A stretch of DNA of 61,688 nt, the filler included, from Sphacelaria rigidula (Eukaryota), in the NCBI GenBank assembly GCA_964200075.2. It is 7 parts of 7 records of this genome, joined end to end, with 100 filler letters (N's around TTAATTAATTAA, not from the genome) between each part and the next. Parts side by side here need not be neighbours in the genome. Positions count along the whole stretch, not along the records: positions 35,309 to 44,035 come from CAXNAA020010263.1; positions 44,136 to 52,862 come from CAXNAA020010264.1; 5 more parts are not named here. One strand, given 5' to 3'. The notes under the pieces were generated by a model. It was not told the origin of the DNA. It made no database searches and saw only the letters and a list, made by a program, of their open reading frames with translations. Shown here in pieces: positions 38,739 to 50,420 of this stretch (its first letter is position 1; each line of letters begins with the position of its first letter). The position numbers were made by a program, and so were the translations under genes.

Positions 38739-39662
38739 CTTTAAATTTGGTACCCCCCCCCCAGCCCCGATAACCCGCGGCGTCGGCCACAAGCGCGTCG
38801 GCAGAAGAAACAAAGTAGACGAATGCGTCGAAGACAGCGGTGACGGGGCGGGGGAAGGAGGGAAGTGAGGTATGATCCACTCCTTCAGCGGGTGCGCAGG
38901 TTGACCACGGTTGGATTGAAAAAGCAGGTCGTTGATAGTTATATATGGAGCAATTCGATGCTGGGGGATGGCACGCGATTACTAGTTTGATCAATTCCAC
39001 ATCACCAATATATGCTTGATTCTTTTGATGGGTTGATTGTAGAATATTTTTTGATCCGCATGGACTCTGCACAAGGGAGACACAAGACACAAAAAAACGG
39101 CAAGTTTAGACGTGAAGAAAAAATGAATAGAAAAAAACTGGGAGGAGGAAGGGGTAAACAGTGTAGGGATCCTCACAGCGACATATGAGAGGGGAGGGGG
39201 GGGGGTCAATGGCGGTGTGAATTGCTGTAAATCATGCTTGGCTCCACCCACACCTGCAGATTACAGGCTAATATTTATTTAGTGCCAACGACAGCAGTAA
39301 ACACGGGGAATAGTGCATTGGTAGTGGTACTCGTCAGTGCAAGTGTACACGAGAACAGTCAGCCCCGAGCACGAGAGCCTCTCGCCAACAGAGCTCACAT
39401 GATGTAATAACAACGGCACTGAATGCCTGCGCAGTTGACAGTAGTACAACCTAATATACGAAAAAAAATGGTAGCACGAAAAAATTAGATGGGGCTCGGC
39501 TGGTGAGCAAAACAGGGAAGGGACGTAAGTCACGACGCACAACTTCCACGGGGATAGAATCAACCTACACGAAGTACGAAGAAAAAACAGAAGGATGATA
39601 CGAGCGAGAAGACGCCAACCCAAACTCGCGGACCGATCGCGGAGACAAAAAATCCACCGTAC

Positions 39663-41126
39663 ATTGGCGGTAGCCTGCGCCACCATCAAGCGAATATCCT
39701 GTGCCTGCCTCGCCGGAGGAGGCGCGCCGTGCTGTCCTTTGCGCATCACTGCACGCTCCCCACGCTTTTCCACAGCCATCACCGCTGCCCCCGCCGGCCG
39801 CCCCGGGCGCTCCTTGCTCTCTCTTCCGCTTCCCTCACGTCTATCATTTTCTCCCTTTTGGGATTTCGCATCGGCTGCGAGACCAAAATCACCATCTGCT
39901 CCGCCGGCGTCGGCGCCGCTTCCACCATCGCCATCATTGCAACCGACAACCGGTTTTGTTTGCTGTTCTCGCTCCTCCGTTTCTTCGCTGGTGGTCATCG
40001 CCCCACCACCGTCATTAGGATCGCTGTTCTCGAATCCGGAACAACCGCCATCACCATCACCACCGGGCCCGCCGCCGACTACGTCGCTGACGTCGCTGCC
40101 GTAGCCGTCGTCGCTGCCGTGACTGCCGCCCGCTACCACGGCGTCGGAGCCTACCGCCGCGTCGGCATCCTCCCACGCGAACCATCTCCTAACCGCGGGA
40201 TGACGAAACAAGGGGTGCGGAGGCGGGGGCTGAGGGGTCTCGGTAAACGTTGTAATTGCCACGATAGCGCTGTCGCCGTGCTCTTGGGCGGACGGCGACT
40301 GCCGGGTGGAAGATCTACCTTCACCGGACCGCGGCCGCGTACGGCGTTTCCGCGGGAGGCTTGCGACTCGCTCGAGCTGGCCTCTGGCATCTTCCCCCTC
40401 CCCCCCCCCGCCGACGCTGGCATCCTCCTTCCCAACGCTCCCTGCATGTTCGCCCTCAGTATTCTCGACTCCTGCCCCCCAAACGCCCTTTGACGGTGTT
40501 GTTGCTGCCTCTTCTCCCGACAAGCACTCCCGAGACTTCTCGGCGGCGGCGGCGGCGGCAGCAGCGGCAGCAGCAGCAGCAGCACTGACAGCTTCAATAT
40601 CGCCGTAGTCGGGCACTGAAGCACGCCGGGCCACCACAACATCAAAAGGATTTCTGGATACAACTGCGACAGGACCGCCAAACACTAGCTCCTCACCAGC
40701 GCTTGCCTCAAGTCGAGCTCGCAGCAGGAGCTGTTGTTGTTGTTGTTGTTGCTGCTGCTGTTGCTGCTGCCCATCTCTATTTTTGCTGCTCTTTTCCCCA
40801 ATCCTCCTCACGCCGGGGCGAGCGCCGCCGTTAGCGCCTCTCGCTCGTCCTTCACCGACAACACTAGCACCACCACCGGGACCGTTGCCCGGACTGCTCT
40901 GACCCACGGTCGGCGCCTCCAGCCCACCCGTTGCCACCGTTCCCGACGTCTCAGTACCTTGGCCTTGAGAGTTGGGAATCATATTTCCAGGAGGGCAGCT
41001 GCCCCCGATTTCGCCATCGCCGCCGCCGCTTTGGGTATCTGTATTAGCTGGGCTGCGGAGCAAGGATAACTCCTTCATGGCTGCCTTGTTCCCTAGTTGT
41101 GCTGACCACGTGAGATCTTGCAAGGC
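39663..41126 (-). CDS. Upstream exon (488 aa) of the same gene: TPR-like end, polyQ/polyA low-complexity region, start of DUSP
   Basis: CAG acceptor at 41127-41129, GT donor at 39661-39662, phase 0-0. Begins ALQDLTWSAQLGN and ends RQAQDIRLMVAQATAN, joining the next exon in frame. Confidence 0.8.
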
Positions 41127-41653
41127 CTGGTTTCATCGTACGGTTGCGTTTTTTTGAGGTGATCCAGCATCAATGGGAGTGGACCACACAGCGAAATTAC
41201 GTGGAGGTGAACGAGTCAAATGTATGTGGGGGGGGGGAGGGGGGGGAGGGGGTGAGGTAGTTCAACAGTAGACAGGCATCACACATGGAGTATGGGGGTC
41301 GATATTCATGCCTGCACTTTTACAGGTGACTTCATTATCACCACGTTGGGAACTACGAAGCCTTGGGGGGGGAAGTGTTTTCAGGAGTATCCGTTTTCTT
41401 TCGGGAAAAGCGAACGCCTTGACCGACTTCGAACAATACGCTGCGTAAATTTCCCAAATGCCCCGCTGGGTGAAAATGATTCCCCCAACGAAAGCTTGAA
41501 TTACCGCACAAGGAAAGTAGAAGAGATCGGAAGAAGATTTCGGCGAGAGGAGGAAAACGGATAAGTTCAGGATCAATCTTTCATCACCTCGCACAATCTT
41601 GCCCTCAATCCTTCAACCCTAGAGATGACGGTTAATCATAAGTCTTTTTTTTT

Positions 41654-41840
41654 GGGGGGGAGGGGTGTACTCATGATCATGCATGTCATAGTCACATGCA
41701 TAGGGGGGAAAGGGGGGGGCGGAGGGGGTGTACTCATGATCTTGCCCCGTAGTCATTAGACCGTCGACATCACATATCTCCAAAGCAGGGACGGAGCCCA
41801 CCGTAATTTTTAAGGACGCACGGGGGGGGGCGGAGGGGGG
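41654..41840 (-). mobile_element. Two stacked family-B C-tailed insertions; the longer one has a G-rich TSD
   Basis: gggtgtactcatgatc at ~41663 and ~41726; ggggggggcggaggggg at ~41712-41728 and ~41823-41839. Confidence 0.75.
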
Positions 41841-42258
41841 TCTCACTTTATAATCCCTCTTCTCTCTCGGCAGGAGTCCGTGGTCTCGAGCTATTAACCC
41901 ATCTCTCCCTCAATACATGCCTTAAATTCTGGTATACCGGATTGGATCATGACTACCACTTCCGCACCGCATCGACTATCGTCCAATAAAACTCAGACAA
42001 GCATGCATCTTTTTCAATCACGTCCTAACGCTTCCAATGGAGGAAATAAGGTACTTTTGAGCAAAAAAAAAAGGGAAAAACTCACACGCATCTAAATAGC
42101 AGAAATCGAACCTGCGTTTTTTCGGCCATAAAATGTACCCGTTGGAAACATCAGAAATACCACTATCGTACCGGGGTGCGGCACGCTTGCAAAAAGTATA
42201 GTTCTGGATAATGACAACATAAGGTCAGTAGATGCAGTAGATAAAAATGTAATGGGTA

Positions 42259-42318
42259 AAGTACAGGCCTGTTTGCAACTATTGTCGGCCGACACTAGTT
42301 GCAAACAGGCCTGTACTT
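42259..42318. repeat. Near-perfect 60-bp palindrome
   Basis: aagtacaggcctgtttgcaacta-ttgtcggccgacac-tagttgcaaacaggcctgtactt. Confidence 0.9.
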
Positions 42319-44035
42319 GATTGATTCGATTTTGATTGATTGATTGTCTCACTTCAACTGGCCAACAATAGTTGCAACAGACGTGGACTTTGATTTGATT
42401 TTGATTGATTGATTGTCGCACTTTAATTGACCTCCCAGGGATCCAACCGTGGTCACATATATGATGGACATACCCAAGACTTTACCCAGTACATTTTTCG
42501 TCTATTGCATTTACTGACCGTATATTGTGCAGCGCGTGGTATATTTTCATCTATACATACATATATATATATATATGTTTACATATACTGGACAAAATCG
42601 TTTGGGCCAGCGAACTCGAAAAAATAAGTATATATTTTGCGCAATATATTAATATGGATAACATGTCGTGTCGTTTTTGTGCCAGCTCTGTGTGACCTCA
42701 CACGCCGTCTACTCGGCAGATCGGCATCGATTTCAACCCCTTCACTGCAGGAGGTGGCCCATCTGTGGAATTGGCATCACCTTTCACTTGAAAAAGGACT
42801 GAAGATGGTGCCGATTCCACAAATGGATCACCCCCGGCAGTAAAAAAGTTCATGTCATATATTTTCCAAACCTTGGATAATATTCGTATAACATATATAT
42901 ATATATATATAGTTGATAGTTGCAATATACAAAACAGCCGACAACAAAGGGAGGGGGGGGATTTCGAAGAGGCGCGGCGACGCGAAGACCTGCGACAGTT
43001 GGCCCTACCCCCCACAAGCCAGAGGCCGTTGCAGCGAGATCTGCCAGAGGGAACGCCGCTATCGCTGGGACAACAGCAGAAGCCGCTCGCGAGGAATCCA
43101 ACATGTAAATGGTCGAGAGAGTCACACGCTTTGTACCCGACTACGGACGAGTCGATTGATTGATTAATTGGTTGATTGTCGCACTTGAACTGACCCCCCA
43201 GGGATCCAGCCGTGGTCACTCTGAGCGTAGATCCGTGGAAAATCGAGGTCCCCCCGAATCTGTAGCAAGCGATGTATGTATGTTGACGTAAAATGATGGG
43301 GCAACAACAGGCGTTTGGTATTTTTGCAACAACAGCAGCAGACAGTCTCGTGATAGCACAGACAGTCCTGCGAGCGCCGGCTGCTGGAGCATGATGGACG
43401 TACCAAAGAAAAAACAAAACTGAAAAACACTCGCTGAAGAAAAAAGAGGAACACAAAAGTCGAACAGAACGACGTATTATAGTGGACTAAAACATCAAAA
43501 TAAAATAAAATAAAATAAAGAACGAAAAAGTCGACGAAAAAAGTAAAGCACAGAAAAAAAGAAATCGCCAATCTAAAACAAAAAAAGGAAAAAATACTAG
43601 TGGGAGACAGTCACACAAAACTCATGTACCCCATGTTCTTTTCTCGAAGGATTTTGGCTTCTTTTCTCGGCTTGCAATTTCAGCGATGTTCCTAGCTGTG
43701 TTCGTACACATCAACCCTGTTGGAACCCTCCCCTCCTGTCCCCTGGCCAAACGCCTTATTATGAGAAGCCCTGACGAAGAGGAAACCATTTTTATATTGG
43801 AAGCCCGAAGAAGAATGTCCTCCATGGAGAATTTGGGTAAGGTTTGTCCAATCTTACCACGCAACGGATGAAGTGTGTCCAATTCTATCCATCGACAATA
43901 ATTAGCAAAACCACTTTGAAACATTCCATTAAAAAATTGCGATGGGCTCCAGGGTCCAACCTGGCACGTTTGTATATTAGCATTTGTACATAGCGCCGCT
44001 TTGACAGGCTGCAGCATCGGATGGCGAGTTTGCCA

Positions 44036-44135
44036 NNNNNNNNNNNNNNNNNNNNNNNNNNNNNNNNNNNNNNNNNNNNTTAATTAATTAANNNNNNNNN
44101 NNNNNNNNNNNNNNNNNNNNNNNNNNNNNNNNNNN
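44036..44135. other. Artificial contig linker
   Basis: 100-bp N run with TTAATTAATTAA. Confidence 0.98.
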
Positions 44136-44960
44136 CTCTATTACGAACAGCAGGGAAGGCAGAAGGGAAGGAAGGGGGACTGAGGGTGGGGGGGGGGGGG
44201 GGGGGGGGAGATAACCGCTACTCTGGTACTTGACCCGTATCATGTACGGGGGAGTCAAGGGCAAGAAACGGTTCGATAATTCCCAGCTTCTAGGTGATGA
44301 ATGACCACAAAGCTCACCAAAAGAAGGGACAAAGGCAACTGCCTCGAAAAGGGATGCGAAAGCATCATCAGAGATGCGTTATGCAAATGCAAAATTAGAT
44401 CCCAGCACGTGTCGACATATACTCACGCACACAGCGCTTACGCGTGGTCGTTGTTTCAATCGCTGCGTCTCGTTCTTTACCGCATGTGCACAAAACTCGA
44501 CACCGTATGACGTATCCGTACATAGATTTACCCCAACCAAAACAACGTATGCATCAAGTCCACTGGCTAAAGCTCTACGCCACATCGCGAGCATCGCGTG
44601 AAGTACGAACAGACGGCCGTTCTATGTATGCTCCAAATATTTCCCGGAGCTGCACATTTTCCGAGGGCAACACTACGGACGCACCTTGCCGACGTTTTCA
44701 CTACGCGCGACAGTCCTCGGCTTGTGCACCCGCAGCTTGGGGGTAACGACCAAGAAACAACGGAACTCTAGAGATTTCGCTTCAAACCCACGTTGCTTTC
44801 CATCCCGGGTACGAGTACTCATACGCCATTTTTTTTCCCCCGTTTTTTATTTTTGTGAACTCAGCGAACACGGTGCGCGGGCGGGCAAGAAATTGAGAAA
44901 GAAAAAAAAAAAGGACCTGCATTTCCCGTTTTGTTCAGTCTTCCCCCTCGTCAAACTCAC

Positions 44961-45141
44961 TTTTATGACCCTAGCGAACACGGGCCCGCGCGGAAGGTTG
45001 GGAAGCAGCTTCTGAATCTCCAACCCATCCAGCAACGGCTTGAGGTTCCATACACCCTCCAGCCCCATGTCCTCGATTGACTTGCCCATGGACACGTAGG
45101 CGCTAATTACTGCCGCATCTTCCTCGCTCTCGGTTCGACCG
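44961..45141 (-). CDS. CCA1: CCA-adding enzyme (tRNA nucleotidyltransferase), C-terminal exon
   Basis: IEDMGLEGVWNLKPLLDGLEIQKLLPNLPRGPVF matches the eukaryotic CCA-enzyme tail motif. CAG/GTGAGT splice sites; phase fits the upstream exon. Confidence 0.85.
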
Positions 45142-45485
45142 CTGCGACACAATTGAAAAAAAAAAACGGAACGCGCGCAACCACGTCGTGACAAGTGCGC
45201 GCGGGAGATATTGCGAATGAACGCCGGTAGGAAAACTAGAAACTGTATTTTGTCGCACACATTTACGTTTGAATTTGTCCACAGGACCGCAAAACGACAA
45301 CATTACGCACACGCGCAAAGCAAATGCCGCGGACAAAACTTTGAAGGAGTCAAGTTATCCGTGTAGAAAATGTGAAGACGCCGCGCACCCCCTTCATTAC
45401 TCGGATCGCCCCCTGATATCGAAAGGCGAACGCAAAAGAAATAGGAGGGGGGGGGGGGGAGAACTCCCACAGAGGTTCTTGCTTC

Positions 45486-45821
45486 GACACTTTCGACGAT
45501 AGCCCCCCCCCAAAAAGTGCATGGTTTTGGGAGGGAAAATCTTCACGTAAATCGAAATGGGAAAGACCGAGCACAACGAGCAGCTGGGAATTCCCACGTT
45601 AGGTTCGTTCTAGCCAATGTCGCCAATATGAGGCGCCTCATGCCGCCTGAACCCAAAAAGTAGGCGCTGTATGGCCATTTTTTTCGTGACACTCTTGAGC
45701 TGGTTTGGGGCTGTACTCATGATCATGCTTGCCATAGTCATAAGACCATTGACCTCGCATCCCTACAAAGCCGGGACGGAGCACGCCGGGTTTTCACCGG
45801 ACCAGGCTCGTAGAAAGTGTT
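45486..45821. mobile_element. Second copy of the GACAC MITE (4-bp TSD CTTC) with a family-B insertion in its right TIR
   Basis: Reverse-complement homolog of 11982-12197; CTTC at 45482-45485 and 45822-45825; insert ~45712-45809 at the TIR G-run. Confidence 0.88.
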
Positions 45822-46685
45822 CTTCGTTGCGCACCTTGAGCTTCCTACCCTGGCTAGTTTTGGCTAATTTCCAAGGGTCGGACAAATCAATGATTCGTCT
45901 GGAAATTACTTGATTTTAGTGCAATTGATTCGAATCGTACGAATCAATCCCTAGGCTTTGTTTCCAGCGATGCAACGCAGTTACACGCAGCTCAAACACG
46001 TGGAATGCCGCAAAAGTTGCGTGGATATCCCTTGGACCAGCGGTCAACTTTTTTTTTCTCTTTCGGGCAATCAGGCCGAAGAAATCGTGGATTTGGTGAT
46101 ATTGAGTCGTGATGATTCGTCCTCACCATGCCAATTTTCATGTGCTTTTTTCTTTTTTTTCTGACACGATCTCGGACCGAGCCACCGTTCCTTGCCTTGA
46201 CAGCATCGACGGTTAATGATTTCCCCAATTCTTCTCATCGGACGGTAGGATCTTTTGTGCCAAGAAATACGCTGCACTCGGACTTGACACGCCGAACCGC
46301 TATTGGTATGGCACAACCATTTGCCTCACTCTCCACCAGCATGTTGAACCTCATCGCTTGGATATGCATAGAGCGCCTCGTACAGTAAGTAGCACACCAC
46401 ACACCAACGTACAACAGAAAAGGAAGAAGAGAAAATAAACAAGAAGCGTCGAAGACCATAACAACCACAACGTGAAAAAAAAAAAGAAGCAAACATGTGA
46501 AGAAAAAAAGCATTCCATTAAACGGTATCAGTTAACCAACCCCCTGGCACGATTTTTTTATTATTATAACGTTGCACGGTTCCTCACTAAAAGACAGAAT
46601 ACTACGGGGTTATAACAAGACGTGAGCATAATATATGTGCATATATGTGAAGTAGGGGAAAGATACGAGGCAAAAGGAAACTCAC

Positions 46686-46768
46686 CGAAATGAGTTGGCG
46701 AGGATGTGCTTAGTCCCGAGGTCACCAGTCAGCCCAAGCACGAGGGCCACACGCCACAACGGTCCCAC
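46686..46768 (-). CDS. CCA1: CCA-adding enzyme exon
   Basis: VGPLWRVALVLGL...; TAG acceptor and GTGAG donor; 83 bp, phase 0-2. Confidence 0.8.
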
Positions 46769-47824
46769 CTAACACATTCATTAAATTTTATTTTTATTTT
46801 TGGAGGGGGGGGGGAGGGGGGTGTATTCACGGGGAAGCACAGTATACAAGTACAGCAGGAACAAGCGTGACAGGTCCATCCAAGAGCACGTGCCAACATA
46901 CCCATCGTGGTAAGGGAAAGTGTACGGTACAACAGTGGACACTTTGTGGATATCGATACTCTGGGGACTGACTCTGCGTAATTTTGGCTGTCAATACCGT
47001 GGGTACTCTGGATTTCTGAGAATGTTCGGGGGTCGATACCCTGAGTAACCTGGAATGCTGGATATTTTCGGTAGCCTATACTCTGCGTGCCCTACCCGTG
47101 TACGGTGCTGCACGGAGTATATCACCCGGAGTCGATTGAAAAAAGTTGAAGAACAAACAAACTCGGCATTCATGCCAAGTTTGACTGGCGACCACACCGT
47201 CAAAAGCCTGGTTGGAAAAAACATCTGGTCGAAATAGTTCTCAATGAACGTAATCTTCATTCAATATATATATATATCAAGAGACCACGGCTGGACCCCT
47301 GGGGGGTCAGTTAAAGTGCGGCAACCAATCAATCACTGCTGCACGATCCAATAAACCCTTGTTGAGCTTTGTTCTTGTCGCCACAGACTTATGATAATTA
47401 CATTTCGCTAGCTAGCTACGGGACAGAGAGGCGCTGATGTACGCAGATGGTCATATCTCGGCGAAACCGCGCCGCTTGTATTGTTCCCCCCACCGCCATC
47501 AAAGCCAAAACACCCCACGGCAGCAGATGTCGAAAAAACGGGGAGAGCGACTGCTGACATTGCGCGTTGCAGACAGGTGCTGCCTGGGCATGCTGTTCGG
47601 AGACACCTATAACGGTACCGCACAGCATAAATGTTCCGATTTGTTTCGGATATTCTCGGCACTATACCGGTGGGAGCTATACTGCTGCACCTGGATATGT
47701 TATAACTTACCCCCCCTCAAAAAAGTCACCTCCAGGTGATGACTTTTCGAACCCCCCCAAAACACTCCTCATCGGTAGATAGGTGGTACAAACCGTTCTC
47801 CAGCAATAGTACACACGCGCTCAC

Positions 47825-47939
47825 CGTTCGTAATGTCTTCCCCACGGCCAATCGTGATGGAACCACGCTTTTGCTGTTGGCTCTGGTCAAAGGCCCGCGA
47901 ACCGTTGTTCGAAGCACACGCTGGAAATCCAATGCCGCA
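47825..47939 (-). CDS. CCA1: CCA-adding enzyme exon
   Basis: AALDFQRVL...SRLAVGKTLRT; CAG/GTGAG; 115 bp, phase 2-0. Confidence 0.8.
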
Positions 47940-47969
47940 CTGTAGTTTAATATATCACGTGTTGGGATG

Positions 47970-48250
47970 GAGGGGAGGGGGACATGAGGGGGAGGGGGGG
48001 GGGGTACTCATTTGTTGCTTGCCTTAGCTCGTTTGATCATTGATCACGCATCCCTTCCGAGACGGAGAAAGGAATGAGGGGGGGGTACTCATTTGTTGCT
48101 TGCCTTAGCTCGTTTGACCACACGCATCCCTTCCGAGACGGGGAAAGGACACGAGGGGGGGGGTATTCATATCTTGCTTGCCTTAGCTCGTTTGACCATG
48201 GATCATGCATCCCTTTCGAGACGGAGAAAGGACACGAGGGGGGGGGGGGG
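47970..48250 (-). repeat. Three tandem ~80-bp copies of the family-A tail separated by G-runs
   Basis: Unit: gga(c)a(c/t)gag-Gn-tactcatttgttgcttgccttagctcgtttgacc...cgagacggagaaa. Confidence 0.85.
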
Positions 48251-48412
48251 GAAAAACAAGTTTTGCTTGCAAAAGTTGTTGAACAATTGACAACACAACC
48301 TTTTCAAAAAGAAAAACGCTTACTACTCCCNNNNNNNNNNTCGCTGTGTGTTGGGTGCTGTGTTGTCGTTCAGGGGGTGGTGGCGCGCGTGGCGGGAGGT
48401 GCGCGCGGAGAC

Positions 48413-49806
48413 GGGGTGGGGGGGGGGGGGGGGGGGGGGGGGGATAATCATGTCTTGCTTGCCATAGTTGTTCGACCATTGACCACGCATCCCTTTCGAG
48501 ACGGAGCATCGTTCCTACTCCCGATTGAGACACCTCCAACATTTGCGCGCTCTCCAACGTACGTTTTTTCCATACATTACACATCCCCTCCTGCTTCGCC
48601 GTCTGCGGCCACCATTCATCTCCTAGCATAGCGATCGTTCCACCCCATGTACCAAACGAATTCATTCCACCTTCGTTTACTTCCCGCGTGTCTCCCTCTC
48701 ACGCGCCCCATTCCCTTTTGTGAGTGATGCTACGGTAGGGGTGCACAAATATTTTCCGAGGTTAGAATTGTTGGGAGCCCTTCATCTCATCCAAAGCACG
48801 ACTCGTGAACTATGTGAAAGTTCGCCAGGATTAATATTTCAACGTGCTAGGGATATCCCCGACTGAATTTCCGAGCAGGGATGCCCTGATCTACATTCTT
48901 GTGCATCTAGAATCTTTAGAAGCCCCTGAACCAGACACTATTTCGCGCAAAAAGTGCACTCCTACCGTAGCATTGCTATTGTATAGTTCACATCCTGCCA
49001 CTATATGAGTTGTACTCCCCGTTGCTTCGCAAAAGGGGAAATTCTGTGCACCCACCTCCTCTACGCGACTACTGGTATACCTCCCTCTTTTTATCTGGCG
49101 GGTCCAGGTCACCCACCCGGAATCATCATTTCAATCTTGTCGCGTAGTCCATTGGGCCGTGCAGAGATGTTTTCATTAATATCTCTTATGTCAACCGTGT
49201 ATCCTCAGGTCTCCTTGTCGTCCACTTTCCGTTTTAGCGTTCGTTTCTCTTCATTTCCATCATGTCTCTTACTTCTGTCTTGTACCCCCCACATCCATGC
49301 ATTTGGTCTTGGTTTCTTCGTATTTCCTTCCATTCTCGACGACGCTATCCCACGTCATTACAGCTTGCTCTTACGTCACCTTTTCCCACACGGCCCCATC
49401 AACCATGGCTGGCATCTCTTTCTGAACATGTCCCTTGCGTTATATTGTCATTTCAATTTTCTCATGCCTAATTGCTTCTAGTGGGTAAGTTCCCAATTCT
49501 GCTCTCAATCCCGTAATACTCGTCATTTTTTAGCATCCAAGTGTTTCCTTAGTTAGCTGATGTCGCCTGTACTGTTTCCAGCTGCTTCGCCAGCTCCGCG
49601 TTCCCTTCCCATACTTCTCGTGTATATTCTAGCTTCGGCACAATCACATTCATCAGATTGCGTTGTTAATCGCAGTATCGAGGTGTCAGTCTTTTAAACA
49701 TCACGTCCATCTTGACTATCTGTACATTTCCCTTCCCAATCAACCTGATCACGTGTGCATCCCAAGAACAGCTCTTTCTTAAATCTCTACGCCAAGGTAT
49801 GTATAC
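48413..49806 (-). mobile_element. 5'-truncated family-A LINE (~1.1 kb) with long poly(C) tail
   Basis: Homologous to 3400-4552; G-run at 48418-48443; split by the MITE at 48722-48978. Confidence 0.85.
48722..48978. mobile_element. MITE with 4-bp TSD (TTGT), possibly Academ-like
   Basis: TIR ATGCTACGGTAGG(G/A)GTGCAC; TTGT at 48718-48721 and 48979-48982; LINE colinearity is restored on removal. Confidence 0.8.
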
Positions 49807-50141
49807 GAATCTAGGATCGGTGATTTTCGGCCAACAGGTAAAATATTTCTTCGGAGTCAAAAAGGGGCGGCTGGGGATGGAGAATTGCCGATCCTAGACT
49901 TTATTTTACCCCGAAGAAGACTTGCCTGTGTAATGGGCTACAGGAGTGATCGACAGTACATGGGCAAATGATTTCTTACTGCATGTCCCCTCAAGGGGTG
50001 CGGTGCGGTCTCCAGGAAACAAGAAAAAATAAGCCGCCCCGCTGGTGTTTTCATGAGGCACCGAGTCCATAGGTACGGGTCGTTATATAATAATTAAAAT
50101 GAAATCAGCTATTTTTTTTCGTTGTTTTCCGTGATCCTCGA

Positions 50142-50420
50142 ATGGATTTAGTTCGGGATTTTGGTGTTGGCGGGACACATGTGCGCTACTCAAGTCGCAT
50201 GTACCGCAGAGAGGTCAACAAGATTGAATTGTCTAGTGTACGTTGTTTTGGTCCAGGCCCGGTTTGGGCTTCATTTCCCTCCGCTAGCTGGCTACAGCCC
50301 GGAACAGTACTGTATATCGATGATATTTTCACAAGCACCACCATGCCATCATGAAGCAAGCTTATACGGTATACCTTCGAAAGGGGGCGGTGCTCTAGTA
50401 CACTGGGTCGCACACGCAAG
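50142..50420 (+). pseudogene. piggyBac-like transposase remnant
   Basis: WLQPGTVLYIDDIFTS ... STLGRTRK resembles the piggyBac (DDE_Tnp_1_7) Y.DNFFTS...GT.R motif. Confidence 0.55.

Noticed and set aside
37083-41069. Long plus-strand ORFs opposite the DUSP gene
   Set aside because: Antisense shadows of GC-rich low-complexity exons
27867-41126. Joining the 27.9-kb exon to the DUSP gene, or the DUSP gene to the CCA gene
   Set aside because: Separated by artificial linkers
41847-41906. Upstream TPR exon (RDGLIARDHGLLPREKRDYK + GTGAG)
   Set aside because: The donor and phase fit, but there is an in-frame stop just upstream and no convincing acceptor
43622-44017. 131-aa ORF as a transposase C-terminus (also the 175-aa ORF at 13824-14351)
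   Set aside because: No recognisable motif; left unannotated
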